Of a stretch of DNA of 64,000 bases, positions 44,113 to 51,474 are shown in pieces. This DNA comes from a virus (Duplodnaviria; Caudoviricetes). Made by a program: the position numbers and the translations under genes. The stretch spans positions 1 to 64,000 of the IMG/VR virus record IMGVR_UViG_3300044266_000273; one strand, written 5' to 3'. Below the pieces are notes generated by a model that was not told the DNA's origin, made no database searches, and saw only the letters and a program-made list of their open reading frames with translations. Each line of letters opens with the position of its first letter. The first letter of the stretch is position 1.

Positions 44113-44188
44113 GTGCGTGTGATCCGAATGGTTAGGAAGCGGATTGCAAATCCGTATTATGCAGGTTCGACTCCTGTCACGCACTCCA
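44113..44188 (+). tRNA. tRNA-Cys(GCA)
   Basis: Cloverleaf, U73, CCA. Confidence 0.9.
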
Positions 44189-44193
44189 ATAAA

Positions 44194-44279
44194 TGTTGTA
44201 TTTGTACAACAGCTGGTTGACAAACCTTCCAGTTCATGTACAATACATCTTTCGTTCTTAAAAAATTTAAAGTAGTTTG
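44194..44279 (+). promoter_or_regulatory. tRNA-array promoter module 2
   Basis: TGTTGT-N6-ACAACA; TTGACA-16-TACAAT; same 29-nt leader as module 1. Confidence 0.75.
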
Positions 44280-44354
44280 CTCGGTTCGTCTATCGGTTTA
44301 GGACGCTAGCCTTTCACGCTGGAAAGACGGGTTCGACTCCCGTACCGAGTACCA
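44279..44354 (+). tRNA. tRNA-Glu(TTC)
   Basis: Cloverleaf, CTTTCAC loop, CCA. Confidence 0.9.
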
Positions 44355-44475
44355 TTTGTTTTGCTGATTGTAAGCCATGGGCTTGATCATGCCTGAGTAA
44401 CTATGTATATAATTGCGGTAATTCTAGACAATCCCGCATGAGCATAGCAAATAGTGCAGTCAGCAAAACAAATGG
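44352..44475 (+). ncRNA. Structured RNA closed by a long terminal stem
   Basis: CCATTTGTTTTGCTGATTG pairs with CAGTCAGCAAAACAAATGG; internal stems. Confidence 0.6.
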
Positions 44476-44481
44476 TAATAG

Positions 44482-44557
44482 GCGGGTATAACTCAGTTGG
44501 TAGAGTAACTGGCTTTTAACCAGTAAGTCCTCGGTTCGAGCCCGAGTGCCCGTACCA
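44482..44557 (+). tRNA. tRNA-Lys(TTT)
   Basis: Cloverleaf, CCA. Confidence 0.92.
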
Positions 44558-44564
44558 AGTTTTT

Positions 44565-44657
44565 GGGTGTCTTGATGCTAAGGCGTGTGCATCACCAGAC
44601 TGTAAATCTGGTCCCTCGTGGTAAACATTCGCGGTTCGACTCCGTGGACACCCACCA
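44565..44657 (+). tRNA. tRNA-Tyr(GTA)
   Basis: CCAGA-CTGTAAA-TCTGG, long variable region, extended D-stem. Confidence 0.82.
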
Positions 44658-44666
44658 AATTATAAT

Positions 44667-44743
44667 GCCCTGGTGACGGAATTGGTATACGTGTTGGTCT
44701 TAGAAGCCAAATTTTGAGAGTTCGAGTCTCTCCTAGGGCACCA
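44667..44743 (+). tRNA. tRNA-Leu(TAG), short variable arm
   Basis: 77 nt, Leu-type D-arm, CTTAGAA loop. Confidence 0.85.
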
Positions 44744-44819
44744 TATTGAAGCACATTCTTTGAGGTCTTGGTCGTTACCGGCGTATGCAAAAACGGCGAC
44801 AGAGTGTGTTTCAATATGG
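44741..44819 (+). ncRNA. Conserved-stem cassette 2
   Basis: Same 17-nt arms enclosing 45 nt. Confidence 0.6.
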
Positions 44820-44891
44820 TGAGAGTAAGGGTGGTATGTAGGTGTTCTCTCAACACTGAGGACTGGGATTCCCTGGCCAGCAACACTGGCG

Positions 44892-44971
44892 CCATATTGA
44901 AGCACATTATCAATGTAGGTTCGATTCCTCGCCATTGATCCGGTTGCTGGTGTTAGTGTGTTTCAATATGG
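44892..44971 (+). ncRNA. Conserved-stem cassette 3
   Basis: Same 17-nt arms enclosing 46 nt with a T-loop-like AGGTTCGATTCCT. Confidence 0.6.
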
Positions 44972-45044
44972 TCTCAAAGTGTTCATGGACGCACGTATGC
45001 CTGTCACGCATAAAGAAGGGGATCGTTACCCCTTGGGACCGCCA
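44970..45044 (+). tRNA. tRNA-Asp(GTC)
   Basis: TATGC-CTGTCAC-GCATA, G73; T-loop ATCGTTA. Confidence 0.85.
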
Positions 45045-45060
45045 TAAATATTTTTTCTAT

Positions 45061-45135
45061 TCCCCAATAGCTCAGTGGTAGAGCAAAGCACTGTTAATGC
45101 TTGGGTCCGAGGTTCGAAACCTTGTTGGGGAGCCA
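45061..45135 (+). tRNA. tRNA-Asn(GTT)
   Basis: Cloverleaf, CCA. Confidence 0.92.
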
Positions 45136-45141
45136 AATAAA

Positions 45142-45218
45142 CGGAGTGTAGCACAGCCTGGTAGTGCGCTTGCTTTGGGAGCAAGAGGTCCAAGGTTCGA
45201 ATCCTTGTACTCCGACCA
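45142..45218 (+). tRNA. tRNA-Pro(TGG)
   Basis: Cloverleaf, C1-G72, CCA. Confidence 0.93.
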
Positions 45219-45267
45219 ATCTCGCCTTGACTGACGGCGTACAGAAGGATAAATTGTCAGTTTATAT

Positions 45268-45342
45268 GGGCTGCTAGTGATAATGGGAGCACGCCGGCTT
45301 TGCACGTCGGAGGTTGGAGTTCGATCCTCCAGCGGTCCACCA
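45268..45342 (+). tRNA. tRNA-Ala(TGC)
   Basis: G3-U70, TTTGCAC loop. Confidence 0.9.
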
Positions 45343-45346
45343 TTAC

Positions 45347-45421
45347 GGTTCAATGACGTAGACGGATGCGTACCGGTTTCATAAGCCGAGGAGATTGGAT
45401 CGTTACCAATTTGAACCACCA
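45347..45421 (+). tRNA. tRNA-Met(CAT), elongator-like
   Basis: TTCATAA loop; T-loop ATCGTTA; CCA. Confidence 0.78.
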
Positions 45422-45426
45422 AATTT

Positions 45427-45501
45427 CGGTCTTTGGTGAAACGAATATCACGTAGGGCTACGGACCCTAAGTTAGGGGTTTGATTCCTCTAGGACCGGCC
45501 A
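45427..45501 (+). tRNA. tRNA-Arg(ACG)
   Basis: TAGGG-CTACGGA-CCCTA, CCA. Confidence 0.85.
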
Positions 45502-45503
45502 AA

Positions 45504-45577
45504 ACCCGCGTAGCTCAATGGTAGAGCAAAGTGCTGATAACGCTGAGACACAAGTTCGATTCTTGTCGTGGGTACCA
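45504..45577 (+). tRNA. tRNA-Ile(GAT)
   Basis: CTGATAA loop, CCA. Confidence 0.88.
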
Positions 45578-45582
45578 GTAAT

Positions 45583-45656
45583 TCCGGGGTAGTATAATGG
45601 CAGTGCGGCGGTCTCCAAAACCGTTAGTGGGGGTTCGATTCCCTCTCCCGGAGCCA
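45583..45656 (+). tRNA. tRNA-Trp(CCA)
   Basis: GCGGT-CTCCAAA-ACCGT, G73. Confidence 0.9.
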
Positions 45657-45679
45657 ATATATAATAACAAGAGGTTAAT

Positions 45680-46162
45680 ATGAAAAAATTAGATATTGCT
45701 GAAGTTAAAAAATTCATTCAGGCACAAAGCCCTGATACTAAGATTTATCTTGGTGCTGATTCCGAACGTTTTAGAATGGACGGAAAATGGTATGCAGACT
45801 ACACTTTGGCAGTTGTTGTTCATATTAACGGCCGCCACGGGTGTAAGATTTTTGGTGAAGTTCAACGTGAGTTGGATTATGACCAAAAGAAAAGTAAGCC
45901 TGCATTACGTTTGATGAATGAAGTATATAAAGTTGCTGACTTGTTCAATCAACTTATTGATGTAATTGAAGATAGACACGTAGAAGTTCATTTAGATATT
46001 AATCCTGATGAACACTTCGGTTCTTCATGCGTTATTCAACAAGCGATTGGTTATATTCGTGGCACATGTAACGTGGTGCCAATGGTTAAACCAAAAGCGT
46101 TTGCTGCGTCATATGCTGCTGACAGATTAAAACATGTCATGGCTATGTCTAAAGCTGCTTAA
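45680..46162 (+). CDS. RNase H-like protein, YkuK/DUF458 family
   Basis: KIYLGADS, AVVVH..G..G, RLMNEV, VEVHLDIN, AASYAAD. Confidence 0.78.
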   Translation: MKKLDIAEVKKFIQAQSPDTKIYLGADSERFRMDGKWYADYTLAVVVHINGRHGCKIFGEVQRELDYDQKKSKPALRLMNEVYKVADLFNQLIDVIEDRHVEVHLDINPDEHFGSSCVIQQAIGYIRGTCNVVPMVKPKAFAASYAADRLKHVMAMSKAA

Positions 46163-46165
46163 TAT

Positions 46166-46240
46166 GGTGTCTATGGTGTAGTGGAAGCATTACTCTCTGT
46201 GAAAGAGTAGGTACGAGGTCGGTACTCGTTAGACACCCCA
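46166..46240 (+). tRNA. tRNA-His(GTG)
   Basis: G-1:C73, CTGTGAA loop; atypical T-loop GTCGGTA. Confidence 0.85.
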
Positions 46241-46256
46241 ACAAAAGGAATAGATT

Positions 46257-46496
46257 ATGATCCCACTTAATAATAATGTAATTGTTAAACGTTCAGAAAA
46301 AAAGTTAACAACTGAATCTGGAATTATATTGCAACGAAATGATGATGCAGATTTTGCGGATGTTATTTCTGTTGGGCCAGATGTCGTTGATGTGACTGTC
46401 GGTGAAAAAGTGTTGTTGGATTGGAACAAAGCAATAAAAATTGACAAAGAAAATTTTAAAATTTCTGTTGACAACATTATTGCAGTTGCAGTATAA
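46257..46496 (+). CDS. groES: GroES/Cpn10-like co-chaperonin
   Basis: PLNNNVIVKR..TTESGIIL..VISVGP..V.VGEKVL. Confidence 0.85.
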   Translation: MIPLNNNVIVKRSEKKLTTESGIILQRNDDADFADVISVGPDVVDVTVGEKVLLDWNKAIKIDKENFKISVDNIIAVAV

Positions 46497-46506
46497 TTAA
46501 CTCATC

Positions 46507-46580
46507 GCCTCCTTAGTTTAATGGTAGAACTCCGTCTTTACACGGCGGTTACGGCAGTTCGATTCTGTCAGGAGGCACCA
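46507..46580 (+). tRNA. tRNA-Val(TAC)
   Basis: Cloverleaf, CCA; TTGACA-18-TATAAT at 46468-46497 upstream. Confidence 0.9.
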
Positions 46581-46583
46581 ACG

Positions 46584-46657
46584 GCTCTCATAGTATAAAG
46601 GTATTACACATCCTTGGTAAGGCTGAGACACAGGATCGTTACCTGTTGAGAGCACCA
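46584..46657 (+). tRNA. tRNA-Thr(GGT)
   Basis: TTGGTAA loop; T-loop ATCGTTA. Confidence 0.82.
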
Positions 46658-46661
46658 ATAT

Positions 46662-46737
46662 GCCGCTATGGTGAAGGTGGTCCTCACGCTGGTCTGAAGT
46701 ACCAGAGAACTCTGATCGTAACAGAGTGGCGGCACCA
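46662..46737 (+). tRNA. tRNA-Phe(GAA)
   Basis: CTGGT-CTGAAGT-ACCAG; T-loop ATCGTAA. Confidence 0.82.
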
Positions 46738-46739
46738 TA

Positions 46740-46814
46740 CTGGCGTTAGTTCAATGGACAGAACAGTAGCCTTCTAAGCTATTAATAGAGGTTCGATTCC
46801 TCTACGCCGGACCA
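46740..46814 (+). tRNA. tRNA-Arg(TCT)
   Basis: CTTCTAA loop, CCA. Confidence 0.9.
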
Positions 46815-46818
46815 ATTA

Positions 46819-46908
46819 GCCCGAATGGTGAAATAGGTAGACACAAGAGACTTAAAATCTCTCGCTTCCGAAAGGGGCGTGCCGGTTCGATTCCGGCTTC
46901 GGGCACCA
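46819..46908 (+). tRNA. tRNA-Leu(TAA)
   Basis: Class II cloverleaf, CCA. Confidence 0.92.
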
Positions 46909-46926
46909 AGTTTACCAAAATTGTAC

Positions 46927-46955
46927 TTGACTTATTAAAAAATACACTATATAAT
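46927..46955 (+). promoter_or_regulatory. Sigma70-type promoter inside tRNA array
   Basis: TTGACT-17-TATAAT just upstream of tRNA-Gly. Confidence 0.7.
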
Positions 46956-46964
46956 AATGACATT

Positions 46965-47037
46965 GCGGGTGTTCTCCTGGGAGAGGACTTAGCCTTCCAA
47001 GCTAAAGAAGCCGGTTCGAATCCGACCACCCGCTCCA
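46965..47037 (+). tRNA. tRNA-Gly(TCC)
   Basis: CTTCCAA loop, U73. Confidence 0.87.
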
Positions 47038-47045
47038 AAATTTAA

Positions 47046-47119
47046 GCCCTTTTAGTATAATGGCATTACGTCGGTTTTGTAATCCGAATACGGGAGTTCG
47101 ATTCTCTCAAGGGGCACCA
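47046..47119 (+). tRNA. tRNA-Thr(TGT)
   Basis: TTTGTAA loop, CCA. Confidence 0.88.
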
Positions 47120-47124
47120 AGATT

Positions 47125-47198
47125 GCGGGATTAGTTTATTGGTAAAACGAAACCTTGCCAAGGTTTAGTGATCAGTTCGATTCTGATATCCCGCTCCA
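47125..47198 (+). tRNA. tRNA-Gly(GCC)
   Basis: TTGCCAA loop, U73. Confidence 0.9.
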
Positions 47199-47199
47199 G

Positions 47200-47395
47200 A
47201 ACGTGCCGTCTAATCAACGGCTAGTGTGACCCACATGACAGGAAGTGGCGTGATAACCACGGGTGGTAGTCTTTAAACCGAAAGGCCGCTGGCAATGCGT
47301 AAACGGCCCTTGTCGAGGAGCGGGTGGAAGGTATAGTGAGGGGCTAAAAGCCTGATGCATATACTACAATTACCGCCGAGGGGCGTCAGAGCATT
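47200..47395 (+). ncRNA. ~195-nt structured RNA, manA-motif-like
   Basis: GC-rich, multi-hairpin, bounded by tRNAs; size and context match the manA motif as recalled, not searched. Confidence 0.5.
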
Positions 47396-47401
47396 TTATT
47401 T

Positions 47402-47476
47402 CGCGGGATGGGAAAGTAGAAATCCGCTTGGCTCATAACCAAGAGATCGGTGGTGCGAATCCACCTCCCGCAACCA
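47402..47476 (+). tRNA. tRNA-fMet(CAT), initiator-like
   Basis: CGCGGG start, C1:A72 mismatch, CTCATAA loop. Confidence 0.85.
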
Positions 47477-47478
47477 AA

Positions 47479-47754
47479 CTACTTTAAATTTTCTTCTCTA
47501 CAGGACCTCTCACGGTATACTTTACCTTCGGGCGTCTGTATTTCTTTCCACTCGGTGCACACAATTTGTTTTTCCACCACGATTGGTTGTTGCGATTTGA
47601 CTATTTCATAGACAACTACACCACTAACGATTGATGGAATAACCCAACCCATACCTGGTTTCCAAACCCAATGTGGATGTGGTTGTTGATGTCTATATTG
47701 TGCCGATGCACTCAGTGAAACAACTGCAAGTAAAAGAACTACGAACTTTTTCAT
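47479..47754 (-). CDS. Small secreted protein
   Basis: Sec signal MKKFVVLLLAVVSLSASA; second hydrophobic segment; Cys pair. Confidence 0.6.
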   Translation of the reverse strand: MKKFVVLLLAVVSLSASAQYRHQQPHPHWVWKPGMGWVIPSIVSGVVVYEIVKSQQPIVVEKQIVCTEWKEIQTPEGKVYRERSCREENLK

Positions 47755-47763
47755 GTTATCTCC

Positions 47764-49767
47764 TTATTTGCTTGTTGCTCTGTACACACCATCCCATGTA
47801 GATGGTTTACCTTCTCTCAGGCGTTCAAGCATAGCTTCATAATATTTGTGCAATTCTGACCCGTCTTGTATTGCTTTTTCGGCAATTTCTATTGCCTTGT
47901 CCCAATCGCCGTTGTAATATGCATCTAAGAATTGTTCTTGTGTGATGGCTTGGCCTAATGTATAAATCTTCACGCCTTCCTTCTTTCCTTTAACTGCAAT
48001 ACAATCCAATTCAACAACAGGATATTCATCTTTAACCTGTTCTGCGGTGAGTGTTCCTAAAACAATTTTGACACCGTATGGTTTACTTTGGCCTTCTAGG
48101 CGTGATGCGAGGTTAACATGATCGCCAAGACATGTATAATCAAAACGCTGAGAAGAACCCATATTGCCAACAACGACAACACCTGTATTAATACCAAGTC
48201 CCATTCCGAAAGCTGGAACTCCTTCTGCAGCAATTTCTTTATTGAACGCATCTAAACTATCCATCATTTGTATTGCTGTTTTTACGGCCATCTTTGCATG
48301 GTTGGGTTCATCTAACGGTGCGTTCCAGAATGCCATCTGAGCATCGCCAATATATTTATCTAAAGTTCCGTTATTTTCAATAATTTTTGCGGTCATTGCT
48401 GTCATGTAACGATTCATAATTTTGGTGAGCCCCTGAACATCCTTACCATAGTGTTCGGAGATTGTTGTGAAACCACGAACATCGGTAAACATAATCGACA
48501 ATTCACGTGATTCGCCACCAAGAACCAACAGTTCCGGATTCTTCTGTAATTTTTCTACCAGTGCTGGGCTTAGATATGTTCCAAATTGTTTTTTGATTTG
48601 GAGCTTTTGGCGCAACTCGACAAGGAACTTGACAACATATCCATGGACGCTAACCAACCCAATGGCGAGTATCGGAAATACAGCATCAAGTAGATAACCT
48701 GATCGTAAAAATAATTCAATCCCTGCATAGTAGGTAGCGACTGCCAAGGAGATTGTGAAGATGTAGCCATGTGTGAACCTTGTAATAAAGAACAGAGATA
48801 ATACAGATATAAGAGCAATGAATAAAAGTTCACTTACAGTTGCCCAATCCGGTCTACTGATATTTGTACCTGATGTAACTGTATCTAACACACTGGCTTG
48901 CAGATGGTGTGGAAACACTTCTCCTTTGGCAGTTGCAACTGGATTGTTAAGACCCTTGCCTGTGATGCCAACGATTACGATCTTGCCACCAAAATCAGCA
49001 GGTAATTCGGACAGAGAATATTCTTTTGCTTTTGATGACCAATCAATCCAAATTCTACCAACATTGTCTGTTGTTATCTTACCAAATTTAGGTATACGTA
49101 ACGCTTCAATTGACCCGTCGTTTACCTTGACCTGAAAACTTGGATCGCCTGCAGCAACACGAAGTGTTTCCATTGACATACTTGGATATAACAAGTCATT
49201 TGTACGAACGACCATCGGTATACGGCGAGTAACACCATCAATCTCCGGCAATACGTTGACTACACCAATACCAGCAGCAGAGTCATTTAGAACTTTGATG
49301 TTTGGTTGTATTGTACCGTAGTTGATACCAACATCACCTTCACCAATGATGGAAACACCTGGCCTAAATGGTTCGTAATTTCTTGTTGATTTATCAGATG
49401 TAGCTACGTGAGGTAGAACAACTGGATATTTTTTTATTGCAGCAGATAACGCAGCATCGCCACCAAACCTATCAGGCTCAGGCATATAGACGTTAAACAC
49501 AACCAACCCAGCACCACGAGCGTAGATATCAGCAATAATGGCGGCATATTCCCGACGGGGGAATGGGAACTGTCCTTTTTGTCGAATAGTTTCGTCATCT
49601 ATGTTTACCACGGCGACTTGTTGGGACTCCGTGCTCTCTTTTGAAGTGATGAGTTGGTCAAAATATCTAAGCCTGACCGACTCAACGAAAGACGGATCTT
49701 GCACTCTAATAAACAAGACAAGTAGTAGAGTAAGCAAGGCCATCCAAGGAGATAATAATTTTTTCAT
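47764..49767 (-). CDS. CHASE2-domain class III adenylate cyclase
   Basis: N-terminal TM, CHASE2 (VNIDD..GQFPFPR, DGVTRR), 3 TMs, FTDVRGFT, DKYIGDA, YTCLGDHVNLASRLEG. Confidence 0.92.
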   Translation of the reverse strand: MKKLLSPWMALLTLLLVLFIRVQDPSFVESVRLRYFDQLITSKESTESQQVAVVNIDDETIRQKGQFPFPRREYAAIIADIYARGAGLVVFNVYMPEPDRFGGDAALSAAIKKYPVVLPHVATSDKSTRNYEPFRPGVSIIGEGDVGINYGTIQPNIKVLNDSAAGIGVVNVLPEIDGVTRRIPMVVRTNDLLYPSMSMETLRVAAGDPSFQVKVNDGSIEALRIPKFGKITTDNVGRIWIDWSSKAKEYSLSELPADFGGKIVIVGITGKGLNNPVATAKGEVFPHHLQASVLDTVTSGTNISRPDWATVSELLFIALISVLSLFFITRFTHGYIFTISLAVATYYAGIELFLRSGYLLDAVFPILAIGLVSVHGYVVKFLVELRQKLQIKKQFGTYLSPALVEKLQKNPELLVLGGESRELSIMFTDVRGFTTISEHYGKDVQGLTKIMNRYMTAMTAKIIENNGTLDKYIGDAQMAFWNAPLDEPNHAKMAVKTAIQMMDSLDAFNKEIAAEGVPAFGMGLGINTGVVVVGNMGSSQRFDYTCLGDHVNLASRLEGQSKPYGVKIVLGTLTAEQVKDEYPVVELDCIAVKGKKEGVKIYTLGQAITQEQFLDAYYNGDWDKAIEIAEKAIQDGSELHKYYEAMLERLREGKPSTWDGVYRATSK

Positions 49768-50795
49768 CGTGATATTTGTTTTATAATAATTTTGTTAGTT
49801 GTAGAATCTTGATTCTTAATGTACAATGTGGTACTATCCTGAATCAACGTAATATCATATCCTCTATCTTTATTTATGAGTATGGTCGCTAAGTCTTTGA
49901 CGCGGCGTTCTATGTACCAATAGGTATTACGGTCAAGTATGTAGAGTTGTGTAGTTGGATTGTAACCTACAGGAAACGAACTGATATCAAATATGTTTTC
50001 CAATGCGTTTGTCAAATTATTCGTATCAAGGTCGTTGATATTCAATTCATTGAACTTGAGTTCATCTTTGAATACTTGTTCGTTTAGTGGATTATAATCT
50101 AATGCGTTAAAAGAAAGTGGATTATTATCTCTTGTGTTTTCTTCTTGCAGTGCCTTGACAATTTCTTTTGGTGGTTTGACTATCAACATATTGTCAATCA
50201 TAGACTCCGTTAGATTCAAAATTGCAGGCGCAAGAGGCTTTGCTTCAGCTAGGCCAGCATATGTGGCTTGAAATGCTTTGTTTAAAGTCACAGACCCCAT
50301 TGCCGTGCGGACTTCAATCTCCCCGACGGTGCCATCTTGATTTGGAAGAAGAATAATTGTCGATGCACCTACTTCATCCACTGTCATAGAGAAAGCAGTA
50401 CCTCGCACCGCAACTGTTGCTGTCGGCGTCTTCACATCAACATTCTTGTTATTCTCTTTGGCTATATTACCTGAAGCATATCGTACTGTGCCGAGTGCAA
50501 CTTTCATTGCAAGTTTGCCAGTACCTTTTGATTTAGGATCATATACGAAATCATCAATCACCAATTTTGAATGTTGTGTGACACGTACTTTTGTGTCGTC
50601 CTCAAACGTAATTCCAACTATACCGTTGGCCGTTTGAACGCTATCCATAGACTCGACGCCAGCATTCATCTTGGCGTCGAGTTTCAACTTATTACGAACT
50701 ATCTCACTACTTCCCTTTTCTTCAGTTACTTTACCAATAGATGCAAAACAATTAATGCTGAGTGATAGTAGTAGTAGTGCTATTACCCGTAACAT
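49764..50795 (-). CDS. Periplasmic FecR-domain protein
   Basis: Signal peptide; ITFEDDT.V...S.L.ID; VKTPTATVAVRGTAF. Confidence 0.85.
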   Translation of the reverse strand: MLRVIALLLLSLSINCFASIGKVTEEKGSSEIVRNKLKLDAKMNAGVESMDSVQTANGIVGITFEDDTKVRVTQHSKLVIDDFVYDPKSKGTGKLAMKVALGTVRYASGNIAKENNKNVDVKTPTATVAVRGTAFSMTVDEVGASTIILLPNQDGTVGEIEVRTAMGSVTLNKAFQATYAGLAEAKPLAPAILNLTESMIDNMLIVKPPKEIVKALQEENTRDNNPLSFNALDYNPLNEQVFKDELKFNELNINDLDTNNLTNALENIFDISSFPVGYNPTTQLYILDRNTYWYIERRVKDLATILINKDRGYDITLIQDSTTLYIKNQDSTTNKIIIKQISR

Positions 50796-51465
50796 TCAGA
50801 TTGATGATGTTAGGAGTTGTAGTTCCGTTTTGTGTAATTGAAACGGTGTTATTATTACCAATGATTGTGCTTGTAATTTTGTGTCCAGGTGTATTTGCTG
50901 TACCATCAGCACCATTCTGAACAGTGGTGTAACTATTATAGTTGCCTGTCAATGTAATATTGTTCACAATGTACTTGCTGTTCATTGTGCTGGTCACTGT
51001 ATTGTGATTGCCACCAATAGTCAGATTGTAGAGGTAGTTTGATGTATCAGCAGTCGATGCCATCGTAAACGACACGGTGTTGTTGTCACCAGTCTTGGTC
51101 ACAGTCATACTTCCAGCGTTGGTGCCAAAGTTACCTTGTGTCAAACTAAATGAGTTCGTTGAACCAGTTTGCGTGATGCTCGCCGTTGAATCACCACCAA
51201 TAAAATTACCAACAATAGAGTTGTTCATACCGTCTTGGACGATAGTCAACGCCATGTTGTTGCCGTCAATCAAGAATGCTGGTTGTAGAATAGCACTTCG
51301 ATCACCGACAGCATTACCTGATCCGGTCTGTGTAATTGTTACAGTTGAATTATCAGCATTAGTTTGATCAATATACACAGAGTTGTTACCAGAGTTTGTT
51401 GCTAAAACACTTGTAACAAATAACAAAGACATAATAAACGCAAAAATGCGATTTGTCTTTTTCAT
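50752..51465 (-). CDS. Curlin-repeat (CsgA/CsgB-like) secreted protein
   Basis: Signal peptide; repeated ITQTGS.N / IVQDG.NN / G..N.V.I.Q units, N/T/G-rich. Confidence 0.7.
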   Translation of the reverse strand: MKKTNRIFAFIMSLLFVTSVLATNSGNNSVYIDQTNADNSTVTITQTGSGNAVGDRSAILQPAFLIDGNNMALTIVQDGMNNSIVGNFIGGDSTASITQTGSTNSFSLTQGNFGTNAGSMTVTKTGDNNTVSFTMASTADTSNYLYNLTIGGNHNTVTSTMNSKYIVNNITLTGNYNSYTTVQNGADGTANTPGHKITSTIIGNNNTVSITQNGTTTPNIINLNVTGNSTTTTITQH

Positions 51466-51474
51466 AGTCCTTCC

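Noticed and set aside
43658-44971. CRISPR array interpretation of the repeated CCATATTGAAGCACATT units
   Set aside because: The units are inverted-arm pairs separated by tRNAs at irregular distances, not direct repeats with regular spacers; no cas genes in the window.
44892-44971. HDV-like (theta) ribozyme suggested by TTCCTCGC after a CCA end
   Set aside because: Could not build the nested P1/P1.1/P3 double pseudoknot; a T-loop hairpin explains the sequence better.
43463-47038. Minus-strand ORFs across the tRNA array
   Set aside because: Antisense to tRNA genes; typical spurious translations.
47200-47395. RNase P RNA, tmRNA or SRP RNA
   Set aside because: Lacks the GAGGAAAGUCC core, tRNA-like ends with tag ORF, and the SRP helix-8 motif.
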